From a virus, in the IMG/VR virus record IMGVR_UViG_3300045988_143597: a DNA stretch of 44,654 bases; one strand, 5' to 3'. The position numbers were made by a program, and so were the translations under genes. This document shows, in pieces, positions 10,601 through 16,616 of this stretch; position 1 is the stretch's first letter; every line of letters starts with the position of its first letter. The notes under the pieces are model-generated. The model made no database searches. It saw nothing but the letters and a program-made list of their open reading frames with translations, and had not been told where the DNA came from.

Positions 10601-10818
10601 TTCGTCATGGCCGTGCCGATAGCCCCAGCTGCAGATACGCCGATAGCGGCACCTGCCCCCACCATCGCGGTCTTAATGCCGCTGGACAGCTTTCCACCAA
10701 TGCCCTTACCAGCTGCCGCAGCAGGGGCCTCAACAGAGTTCAACGCATTAGAAATACCGGGGGCGATCTTCGACGTCTCCGGGATAATCGAGATATAGCC
10801 AACGCCAAGTTCAGCCAT
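4660..10818 (-). CDS. tape measure protein with embedded NlpC/P60-like and lysozyme/transglycosylase-like domains
   Basis: Largest ORF. ATG at 10818 is preceded by GGAGGG (the track start at 10833 is TTG). Gly/Ala-rich TM-like N-terminal part. Motifs YIFGGWSEAGVDCSG...GGHTAAQLPDG and SIGLFQQRQAGWG. Long C-terminal coiled coils. Confidence 0.9.
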   Translation of the reverse strand: MAELGVGYISIIPETSKIAPGISNALNSVEAPAAAAGKGIGGKLSSGIKTAMVGAGAAIGVSAAGAIGTAMTKGFARLNAIDQAQAKLKGLGNDTESVAAIMDNALRSVKGTAFGLGEAATTAASMVAAGVKPGEELAKRLTTVADTAAIAGASMADVGLIFGSVAARGKLQGDDMMQLLGRGVPVLQLLSEQTGKTSAEVSAMVSKGQIDFATFADAMEKGVGGSAKKMGETVSGALSNFGAALGRLGAEAVKPVFAGLPAMVGGATALVDVLTDVVKPLATQVGMVLTPAMAEFGDTLENKVAPWLKHVVEGLPGFWQQLKDSGALDALVDGFTSFGGSINGLLPNIISIGKTMAEAAANVSAATWKSLGKILESLAPVIETIVNTLAAHPDLVAGFITAWLGAKAIGNITPPFENVLGVITKIGKVLLVAKVAQELSLIATAAETTSPALAGFARMGTRLATAFNPFHHAATLALKPMKELAIGAKFMGRAFLQAAPGIIATLGPFIAIAAIAAAVGAALWAFFTKTETGRELWAKFTDALKASWQWLKDVFAGVWEDVKAKWEPVWEWIQNTVANLWGNITEIFGNIKGAVGELWAVFTGQGDGESTFLDNLLGPDTAAALMDAVATIGDAFRSVWGWLETNIPKIHDWITEHVGNAWDWLKGKFDDLKTWYDDNLKQPIDDTKKDIETGWNYIKEKVINEIIDHMDQIKAVFDAATTAISFVWDNMKNNLELVWNVLSATVFAALKVVIDALVGQFHVFSKLITGDFEGAKQAMTDTFNRIKADVFDAFHNILDAFKDYFGDSIEIVKNHFGGFLDYVKDIPTKIKNMFNGAGTWLVQMGKDLIQGLVNGIKAMGSKVTSAVKSVLPGHAQGLVPGFAFGGMVPGFATGGGYRLPLAGPGTHTTDGFLAVNRAGMPIARLDAGEWVINGDSSAKYARELQMINAGTFPKLPGFADGGFIAKTSDEIKKALESVASPYIFGGWSEAGVDCSGAISLAVNVFRGLDKFDSRTATAAEGAWLVNKGFSEGRGGEGDFRVAFLNGGPGGGHTAAQLPDGTFVESGGNTGQGLTIGGKAGPLEGRGFTDWYYAKGAEQVADALSETASAVSAASGSSAVSTTSGSSSASNFGKAQELFDQAAKHIGLKSENASGVGVNNTGDPLLSDENRDAALGSWNGPDWGPEFFAHEIARSAKDAGLGVAAAIIGVATTLVESGNPLKMWANNAVPESLSFRHDAVGSDSDSIGLFQQRQAGWGTVEDRMTPFKSAGMFFDRLKQFDWENMDPGAAAQKVQVSAFPDRYAQQMDAAKGLVARAGVYDTGGILPHGVTALNLSHKPEIIINNDQLTAFSRLSNNLGALVPVLERATFGGNFRGGETLGLSKNDPLVDAALRLNTQLRSVGGSWVDAAQIVQDAENGLAQTRKSIAADLSSIKAKEAEVAELRKQVAELEADEGGLSVQSRRKIQDAEETLANARAKGKADDIANAEKRLARAREDADAQLEKSDAKNAKKLRDTLKKLNKAEDELATARKRSEDAAKRLEAAERTVVASRFKAIQGAIDDVFKGIAQAFTSIAAMWQTMGDVAKLAQTARQEASKLQMQQVTDNIARLKAYQDLRLAEWDVFKARMDGLVSISQAEHAVEEARVAATMRAGSSLNALGGAIDRFRDTGVFRISEITDEMVDSSEEVTQANAALARVRAEALLAEEIAHNKQVEASFAAANAALAQAHTAQMLQAATARMQAQAQEFYGLTAQGASRAQRGFGGIGKIVGGIGKILGGIAGGIAGFAVGGPLGAIAGGATAISGLKDLVTGSIETHAYRDDIRDGWKAMGIGDKVGLIAGLGIQGVGAGAAGYLSQSNPAAAAAALQASDTVGGIAVNTKWDAAKLKAERAQSLYEEAAARLDYDLATQKAQLAARQAAAQLEANAKVAGLQAGVEFAKLQESILKASTKDEAQRLADAANVAAAKRDEMLEAARAQRAQLAEIAGDVRTVTAQVGSTVVELPLVKGDSYSADQVESILSMVNDAQSSLELRVKQLEKKDTPAVTYMAARR

Positions 10819-10837
10819 AGCTACACCCTCCAATCAT

Positions 10838-11532
10838 TTACTCATCACCCGCCGGGGAATCCCAACCAAGCCAACTATTGAGATCATCCACAGTGGTCGT
10901 CTCATCCCCACCAAACACAGAAGTGTCATCATCGTCATAGGATGTTTCTTCAACACCGGGACGTTGCACAGGTTTGGGCCGCTCACCTTTGCCGCCGCCG
11001 CGCTGCCAATTCGCACCATTGAGCGCGTCAACAGCTTGTGCCAACAACATATTGGTCAAGCTCCACTGCCCATAGTGCTCATCGTCGTACGTGTTGATCG
11101 CAGCATCCAACGGCAGATGTCGCACAATGACCAGCAGGTCACGCCAGGTTAGCCGGTCCGTGCCATCCAATAGCCAGCGCAATTTGTACCCCATGCGCAA
11201 AAGATCAAACTCCAGGGCAGCTTTGAAACCGTCCTTGAGGTCGATCAGGGCGATGAGGCTTAAGATTCCCCCGCAGGAGCTTCTTCGTCACTGGTCCACG
11301 CTGCAACGAACTCTTCCATCTCATCTTCGGGAATTTCGTCAATGAGGTCTAGGTTTTCCTCATCTGCACACAGTTCCAGCAGTCGCCACATGCGCTCCTG
11401 ATCACTGACGTTGCGGTTCTTTCGGACGAAACCAACGTTGATCACAGATTTCGGCTTCTTCAGGGTGATTTCCGTGCCATCTTCGGTGGTGTAGGTGAAC
11501 CATTCGATCTTCTTTTTAGTTTTCTTTGCCAT
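10838..11532 (-). CDS. tail assembly chaperone GT fusion product (requires -1 frameshift near 11266-11272)
   Basis: The frame of ORF 10838-11200 is open upstream to the slippery site. It is offset by -1 from the G frame (codon phase 11260 mod 3 = 1 versus 10838 mod 3 = 2). Confidence 0.7.
11260..11532 (-). CDS. tail assembly chaperone G
   Basis: 90-aa acidic ORF between the major tail and tape measure genes. Begins MAKKTKKK with an ATG start. Confidence 0.75.
   Translation of the reverse strand: MAKKTKKKIEWFTYTTEDGTEITLKKPKSVINVGFVRKNRNVSDQERMWRLLELCADEENLDLIDEIPEDEMEEFVAAWTSDEEAPAGES
11266..11272 (-). promoter_or_regulatory. -1 programmed frameshift slippery site GGGGGAA
   Basis: Minus strand reads GCG GGG GAA TCT TAA. 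A -1 slip on the G run continues GGA ATC TTA AGC... without stops into the T frame. Confidence 0.6.
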
Positions 11533-11634
11533 CGTGTGATGCCTTTCAAAGTATGTGGGTATGAAAACCCACTGGCACCAATTCCCCTAATAGGGTGGTG
11601 CCAGTGGGTTAAAGTGCCGGGTTAGGCGAGTTGC

Positions 11635-12507
11635 TTAAGCAGCTTCGACCGGCTCAATCTTGATGTCGCCAGATCCGCCCTTCAGTGTGGCCTTATCTGC
11701 GGAAACATCTAGAACGTTGGTGAAGGTGTAAGGTCCGTTGCCAGCCACGTCCACGTTCTTGAGTCCAGCTTCTGCCAGCTTGGACTTGATCACAGATCCC
11801 TGGACATTGTGTGCCAGGCCGGTGAGGGTAACGCCATCAACCATGAGAGTCCATTCGCCGCTAGAGGTCGACGCGGGGAGGGTGATCTTACGGCTAAAGT
11901 CCTCCGCTACCGCATCCATGCGGTCAATGAACTCATACAGCTTGTTGTCATTGACATCCGGGAAGCACTCAAAAGTGACCTCATACTTGACAATGCCGGA
12001 ACGGACAAACTGCACGTCACCAACACTGGTAGCTTGCGCATCAGGCGCAAACAAGCGGATCCGCTTACCCTTGCCAGCTTTGATCTCAAAATCAAGAGCG
12101 ACGTGCTCCAACTCATCCGCATTGTTCAGCACGGAGATCTTGTTACCACCATCTGCGATGCGCACGTTGCCAGGGCCAAACAAGGTCTTGAGCAAGCGCG
12201 CGTTGGCAGCTTCGTAGAACGTCAACTTGAGGTTCACAGCGTGATCCGACTGTGTGATCAGAACGGTATCACCGTTCCAGTCCTTGATCTTGTCGGTAGA
12301 ACGTTCAGTGGTCTTAGTGACGCCATCCTCGGAAATGTAGCCAGCGGGCCACATGCCCAGCTTGGTATCCAGAGCTGTGGTTGCATCCATGGGGAACAAG
12401 CTCGGGTCGGTGGCGACAGGGCCGACGAGTGCGCCGCCTGCTGCCTTGACATCGGGTGCGCCAGTCAGGACATTAGCGCGGTTTCGTCCAATGATAGGTT
12501 TTGCCAT
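11635..12507 (-). CDS. major tail protein
   Basis: 290-aa ORF directly upstream of the G/GT chaperones. Strong RBS context. Confidence 0.7.
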   Translation of the reverse strand: MAKPIIGRNRANVLTGAPDVKAAGGALVGPVATDPSLFPMDATTALDTKLGMWPAGYISEDGVTKTTERSTDKIKDWNGDTVLITQSDHAVNLKLTFYEAANARLLKTLFGPGNVRIADGGNKISVLNNADELEHVALDFEIKAGKGKRIRLFAPDAQATSVGDVQFVRSGIVKYEVTFECFPDVNDNKLYEFIDRMDAVAEDFSRKITLPASTSSGEWTLMVDGVTLTGLAHNVQGSVIKSKLAEAGLKNVDVAGNGPYTFTNVLDVSADKATLKGGSGDIKIEPVEAA

Positions 12508-12559
12508 GTTTTCCTCCTAGAAAACGATATGTGGGCATGAAAAAAGCCCTTGACCTGAA

Positions 12560-12937
12560 TTAGTCAAGGGCTTGGAAAATTGCGCCGGTAAATTGAAACC
12601 GGCAACTGTTCGGCAAGCTTGGGTCATCGTGACGGACGGGGCCGGTCAGTTCCTCCCAACCAAGGATCTCCATCACGTAAATATCGATGTCCCACAGGTT
12701 GCGTCTGAGCATTTCCGCCAGTTCCAAAGCTCTGCCGGGGGTTGGTGCGGTTGCTTGGATCAGCATGTCGCACTTGTCGGTTACCGGGGATGTGGAACGA
12801 GTTGCGGTGTGCTCAATGCGGATGAACTCATCTGGTCTATCGTGCGGTGTTTTTTCTGTCACCGATACATCGGTTAATGTGCGCGCGTAGTCTAAAACGA
12901 GTTTCAATGGGTGGGGGTCAACGAGCTTAGGTGCCAT
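12560..12937 (-). CDS. tail terminator / tail completion protein (by position)
   Basis: 125-aa ORF immediately upstream of the major tail gene. Confidence 0.45.
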   Translation of the reverse strand: MAPKLVDPHPLKLVLDYARTLTDVSVTEKTPHDRPDEFIRIEHTATRSTSPVTDKCDMLIQATAPTPGRALELAEMLRRNLWDIDIYVMEILGWEELTGPVRHDDPSLPNSCRFQFTGAIFQALD

Positions 12938-13179
12938 CAGCCACCGCCTAATGCTTTGACTAGGGTGTTGTGGCGCGCGTTGTCGATCTTCGCCCGCCAG
13001 GTATCGGGGTAGACGATTGCCCGGTAGCGAGTTTTTCCCATGCGGGTGCTTGTGGTGTAGCCGCGTCCCGCGCGTGCTGCAACTTCGCCAGCTTTCCGCG
13101 ACACGAGCGCACCAACAACTGTCGAGTTCAACAATTCCCCATGGGATTCTTTGCGGTGCTTGTAACGGACACGAGACAT
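12937..13179 (-). CDS. head-tail joining (neck) protein, by position
   Basis: 80-aa basic ORF. RBS GGGAGG upstream. 1-nt overlap with the next gene. Confidence 0.45.
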   Translation of the reverse strand: MSRVRYKHRKESHGELLNSTVVGALVSRKAGEVAARAGRGYTTSTRMGKTRYRAIVYPDTWRAKIDNARHNTLVKALGGG

Positions 13180-13359
13180 CTATGCGCCTCCCTCAGATGT
13201 GTCAATCTGGAAACGTACCCATGCGCCAGGGGCATACCCTGCCGCTGCGATAGTTGCAGCGCCATCCTCAAAAACAATGAGGTGACCATCGTCGATATCG
13301 ACCGCATCGCAGTCCCACCGATCAGGTACGTCATCGTCAATCCTGTAGACAATGATCAT
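13180..13359 (-). CDS. hypothetical small structural-module protein (59 aa, below the track cutoff)
   Basis: Hand translation from ATG 13359 gives MIIVYRIDDDVPDRWDCDAVDIDDGHLIVFEDGAATIAAAGYAPGAWVRFQIDTSEGGA*. It fills the gap exactly, and its stop abuts the next start. It replaces the odd-composition track ORF 13128-13352. Confidence 0.45.
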   Translation of the reverse strand: MIIVYRIDDDVPDRWDCDAVDIDDGHLIVFEDGAATIAAAGYAPGAWVRFQIDTSEGGA

Positions 13360-13363
13360 GTTG

Positions 13364-13732
13364 TTAGCCCTCTACTTTCTGAGCTGTGATAACCCCTAGA
13401 CCGGGGTGCATCCACGGATTGTTGTCATACACCTGTGGGTGCGCATCTTGCTGCCAGATCGTGCCATCAGGTAAGCGGAACTGCGACATCTCATTGCCGA
13501 AACTATCCACGGGCGCATATACGTTCAACGTATCCACCGTTCGGGAGATGTGAGTGGAAGTGTCCTCTGTTGAGGCCACGACCGCCCACCCAAACACCGG
13601 AACCTGTCGCCACACACCATCACCTGCGGTGAGGTTGCCGAAATAGTCTTTAACCATCTCCGGTTGCTTGACCTCAATGAGCTGGGTGAGTGGATAGCGT
13701 CCGTTAATAGGTGCGGATTGTGAAAGCCCCAC
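13364..13732 (-). CDS. head closure / head-tail joining protein (by position)
   Basis: 122-aa ORF in the connector block. Confidence 0.45.
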   Translation of the reverse strand: MGLSQSAPINGRYPLTQLIEVKQPEMVKDYFGNLTAGDGVWRQVPVFGWAVVASTEDTSTHISRTVDTLNVYAPVDSFGNEMSQFRLPDGTIWQQDAHPQVYDNNPWMHPGLGVITAQKVEG

Positions 13733-14066
13733 CTGTCCACCTCCCCAACTTCAACTTGTCTTGACGTGTCAACCACACCCCACCGTCGGAAACACCATCA
13801 CTGAAGGTGAATTGGCGGGAAAACGGACCAGCAGTTGCGGACATCTGAGTCACACCAACAGGGGCATCACTAGCGCCAGATGCAGACACGCCACGGGCCA
13901 CGATACGTGCCACGACACGTCGCACCTGTTCTGGCACCGGGTCGAAGGATCGACGGCAATATGCTTCAACCAGATCTGATGCTTCCTCAATGAGTGCTGT
14001 GATCCGTTCGCGGTCATCTTCTTCCAGATCGGCTAGTCGTGCGACATCCTCAAATGATGCGAGCAT
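13704..14066 (-). CDS. head-tail connector (adaptor) protein
   Basis: ATG at 14066 preceded by GGAGGTG. N-terminus MLASFEDVARLADLEEDDRERITALIEEASDLVEAYC resembles gp6-like adaptors. First gene after the capsid gene. Confidence 0.55.
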   Translation of the reverse strand: MLASFEDVARLADLEEDDRERITALIEEASDLVEAYCRRSFDPVPEQVRRVVARIVARGVSASGASDAPVGVTQMSATAGPFSRQFTFSDGVSDGGVWLTRQDKLKLGRWTGGAFTIRTY

Positions 14067-14089
14067 CACGATCACCTCCGCATATCTGG

Positions 14090-15109
14090 TTAGGCCAGCA
14101 CCGTGGCAACCATCGACGCGTTGGGGTTCTTCAGCACGGGCATTGCCATAGCGTTGGCGCGTACCCAATATGAATAGGGGTCATCTTCCTTGTGCAGGCC
14201 AGCGACAATGCCGCCCTGATCGCCAGGCAATAGAGAATACTGCGGGTCGCCAGATTCCGGGGTACGTCCCCACACGGTAGATCCGAGTACACCGCTGCCG
14301 ATCTCTGGAAGCATGAACACCTTCTTGGGGTCCAGAATGTGCTTGGCAGTGCCACCGACGTTGGTCTTGCGGTCATAGAGTGTGATCAGCGGCAGTCCGT
14401 AGGACGTCAACAAAGTGTTGATCGCATCGACCGTGGTGATGGTGGGGGTGTTGACGCCACCAACGGCTTTACGCACTACTTCGTTGCGCTGTAGTGCAGA
14501 GAGCGCTTGTCGGGACATGATGATGGTGCCAGGCAGGACCCCGTTTTCATCTGCGTAGGTTTCCGACCAACCAATGAGGTCAGTGATCGGATCACCATCT
14601 TTATCCCACTTCTTAGATGCGTCGACCTTCATCTTGGTGTCACGTCCCAGATCTGCGGTGATCTTTAGTCCGTTTTCGTTGATGTTGATCGCTGCGGTTT
14701 CCAAGATTTGGCCGCGTAGCGCCTCGACACGCTCAGAGATCGACCGCACGGCGTTGTAGGCCACGGATGCGACGGTGAGCTTGAGCTTGTTCTCTTCGGG
14801 CCGCCCTGCTAAGCCCATCAGGACATCTAGTTCACCCACGCGCATCTTTCGGGATACCGGGGGCAGTGGCAGGGTGACAAGCTCTCCGCCCTCATATCCG
14901 CCGATGGACGCTTCAGCATCATAGGAGCGGTATTCAGCGGTGGGGATCAGTCCATGGCGCGTGCGGGTGAACTCCGCTGTGGTGCCCTCAATGTTTTCGG
15001 ATGGCAGGAATGTTGCCAGGGACCCCTTTTGCTGTTCGATCTGCTCCAGTGAAGCCCGTGCAGCTTCGGTCAGTTCGTTGGGGGTGATGAGATCAGTCCA
15101 TAGTGCCAT
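14090..15109 (-). CDS. major capsid protein
   Basis: 339-aa ORF after the scaffold and decoration genes. N-terminus MALWTDLITPNELTEAARASL resembles the capsid protein E-like family. Confidence 0.8.
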   Translation of the reverse strand: MALWTDLITPNELTEAARASLEQIEQQKGSLATFLPSENIEGTTAEFTRTRHGLIPTAEYRSYDAEASIGGYEGGELVTLPLPPVSRKMRVGELDVLMGLAGRPEENKLKLTVASVAYNAVRSISERVEALRGQILETAAININENGLKITADLGRDTKMKVDASKKWDKDGDPITDLIGWSETYADENGVLPGTIIMSRQALSALQRNEVVRKAVGGVNTPTITTVDAINTLLTSYGLPLITLYDRKTNVGGTAKHILDPKKVFMLPEIGSGVLGSTVWGRTPESGDPQYSLLPGDQGGIVAGLHKEDDPYSYWVRANAMAMPVLKNPNASMVATVLA

Positions 15110-15112
15110 TGG

Positions 15113-15496
15113 TTAGGCCTCCTTCGTAAAGACGAATGCGGCGGGCTTGATAGTCAGTTTGTCGACATCGTGCAGCCCGGTAGGGAATTTGTCGGTGCGG
15201 ATGCGCCCGTGCCAGATCATGGGGGCTACTTGCTTTTCACCCTTGTTGGGCTGCGCTACCAGTAGGAAACCTGCAAGGGTGTCACTGTTTTGGGTGACCA
15301 GACCATAGGTGCCGTCGCTTTCCTTCTTCAGGGGTGCACCTGCTGGGATCACATCGCCGTGCGTACCCTTGAGGGTGGCGAACTTGGTGACATCTAGAGT
15401 GACGCTCATTGCATCACCTGTACCGGTTGCGGAACCTAGCCATTCCAGAGACCCGCCAGCGTAGTTCTTGACAGTTGGCTTAAAGTCCATTGTCAT
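15113..15496 (-). CDS. head decoration protein (putative)
   Basis: 127-aa ORF between the scaffold and major capsid genes. Confidence 0.45.
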   Translation of the reverse strand: MTMDFKPTVKNYAGGSLEWLGSATGTGDAMSVTLDVTKFATLKGTHGDVIPAGAPLKKESDGTYGLVTQNSDTLAGFLLVAQPNKGEKQVAPMIWHGRIRTDKFPTGLHDVDKLTIKPAAFVFTKEA

Positions 15497-16137
15497 TCTC
15501 CTTCTTTTGATTTGAGTTGTCCGTGACGCATCATCAGGTCAACGAGTGATTCTTTTGGCGCGTCGCCGGGGGTTGATTCACGACCAAACACACGTGCCGC
15601 TTCCACCGTGCCGGGTAGCCCTGGGCGCTTATCCGCCAACAATTCAGCAACCTTTGCGCTGTAATCATCTTTAGTGTGGTCCAACTGGTGTGCCGCATGC
15701 AGGAAACTCACTGAGTCCATCGCCGTGCGGGGATCAGTGCCAGCATCGACAATTGCCATCACCAAAGCATGATCCGCTTGGACAGTAGCGAGGGTGCGTT
15801 TCAGTTCATCCACATCATCTGCAACCTGTTGCTTGTAGTTCGCTAGCGCCGTTTCGGCTTCCTTAGCTGTAGCAAGGTTGTTTTTTGATTTGGTTTCCCA
15901 GCTGCGTGCCAGCTTCTTCCATTTGGCGACTTGTTCAGCGAGATCGGACGTGTCATCTTCATCTCCGTCGCCGTCGTCATCGTCGGACTCATCTTTTGCA
16001 CTGGTGGTGTCGTTTTCCGAATCGGAGGTTGCCGTTTCGGCCACCTTCGTGTTCTCATCCGGTGCGCCACTGCCACCACCGCTATCGCCAGAGTCAGCAA
16101 CGATAGTGCGGATGAACCACGGTCGTGTGTGTTTCAT
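15493..16137 (-). CDS. capsid scaffolding protein
   Basis: 214 aa with a very acidic stretch (DESDDDDGDGDEDD) and helical coiled-coil-like sequence. RBS AGGAGA. Lies upstream of the capsid gene. Confidence 0.65.
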   Translation of the reverse strand: MKHTRPWFIRTIVADSGDSGGGSGAPDENTKVAETATSDSENDTTSAKDESDDDDGDGDEDDTSDLAEQVAKWKKLARSWETKSKNNLATAKEAETALANYKQQVADDVDELKRTLATVQADHALVMAIVDAGTDPRTAMDSVSFLHAAHQLDHTKDDYSAKVAELLADKRPGLPGTVEAARVFGRESTPGDAPKESLVDLMMRHGQLKSKEGE

Positions 16138-16191
16138 GATGTTTTCTCCTGTTTCAGGGGTGTTGTGCCCGTATCGGGCGGGTATAGATAT

Positions 16192-16242
16192 GACAAAACC
16201 CCTTCCACGTTCCCTGCCGTGTCGGTCAGGGTGTGAAAGGGG
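16192..16242 (-). terminator. intrinsic terminator after the toxin/immunity pair
   Basis: Minus strand: CCCCTTTCAC...GTGGAAGGGG (10-bp stem with one G.U pair) enclosing an inner CCCTG/CAGGG hairpin, followed by TTTTGT. Confidence 0.5.
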
Positions 16243-16252
16243 TTGTTGTCTA

Positions 16253-16304
16253 GTGCCGCGCCAGGGGTCGAACCTGGGCTAAACCCAACGGGTGTTTACG
16301 CGGC
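16253..16304 (-). other. tRNA-like minihelix: acceptor-like stem + hairpin + canonical T-arm (not a complete tRNA)
   Basis: Minus strand: GCCGCG-T-AAACACCCGTTGGGTTT-AG-C-CCAGG-TTCGACC-CCTGG-CGCGGC-AC. T-loop TTCGACC fits the TTCRANY consensus. No D-arm and no canonical anticodon loop. Confidence 0.5.
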
Positions 16305-16607
16305 GGGCGCTGCTAGTTTTTCTGCAAGTTCAATGCAGACTTCGTACATTGATTCATCGTCATCTACTGGCTCAATGTTTTTTAGTCGGTCTGCTAGATC
16401 TGCAGGGGTGTTCAGCCCATGTTGTTCTGCGTATCCGAACATGTCGCCGATGGTTTCAAAAGGGGCTTCGGTACATTCCCCAGCGATTTTGCGGAGTTGT
16501 CGATTTTCCCCATCTGGATCCCACAGATTCTTCAGTTCCGACACCACATCAATCGCCGCGTTAACGTGATCGATATAAGTCATCTGTGCAGGTGTATTGT
16601 TCCCCAT
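16296..16607 (-). CDS. small acidic protein, candidate immunity partner of the MuF C-terminal toxin domain
   Basis: 103 aa. ATG lies 9 nt after the MuF stop, with AGGAG inside the MuF 3' end. Strongly acidic. Confidence 0.6.
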   Translation of the reverse strand: MGNNTPAQMTYIDHVNAAIDVVSELKNLWDPDGENRQLRKIAGECTEAPFETIGDMFGYAEQHGLNTPADLADRLKNIEPVDDDESMYEVCIELAEKLAAPAA

Positions 16608-16616
16608 CTTTAGCTC

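Noticed and set aside
13128-13352. 74-aa track ORF in the connector block.
   Set aside because: It overlaps the downstream gene start and has an atypical Ser/Thr/Met-rich sequence. The alternative frame (13180-13359, 59 aa) fits the gap exactly, with start and stop coupling to its neighbours.
16253-16340. Possible complete tRNA gene on the minus strand.
   Set aside because: Only the T-arm and acceptor pairing are present. There is no D-arm. The middle hairpin has a bulged stem and no 7-nt loop with U33/R37. Position 1:72 would be C.A. I therefore report it as a tRNA-like element, not a tRNA.
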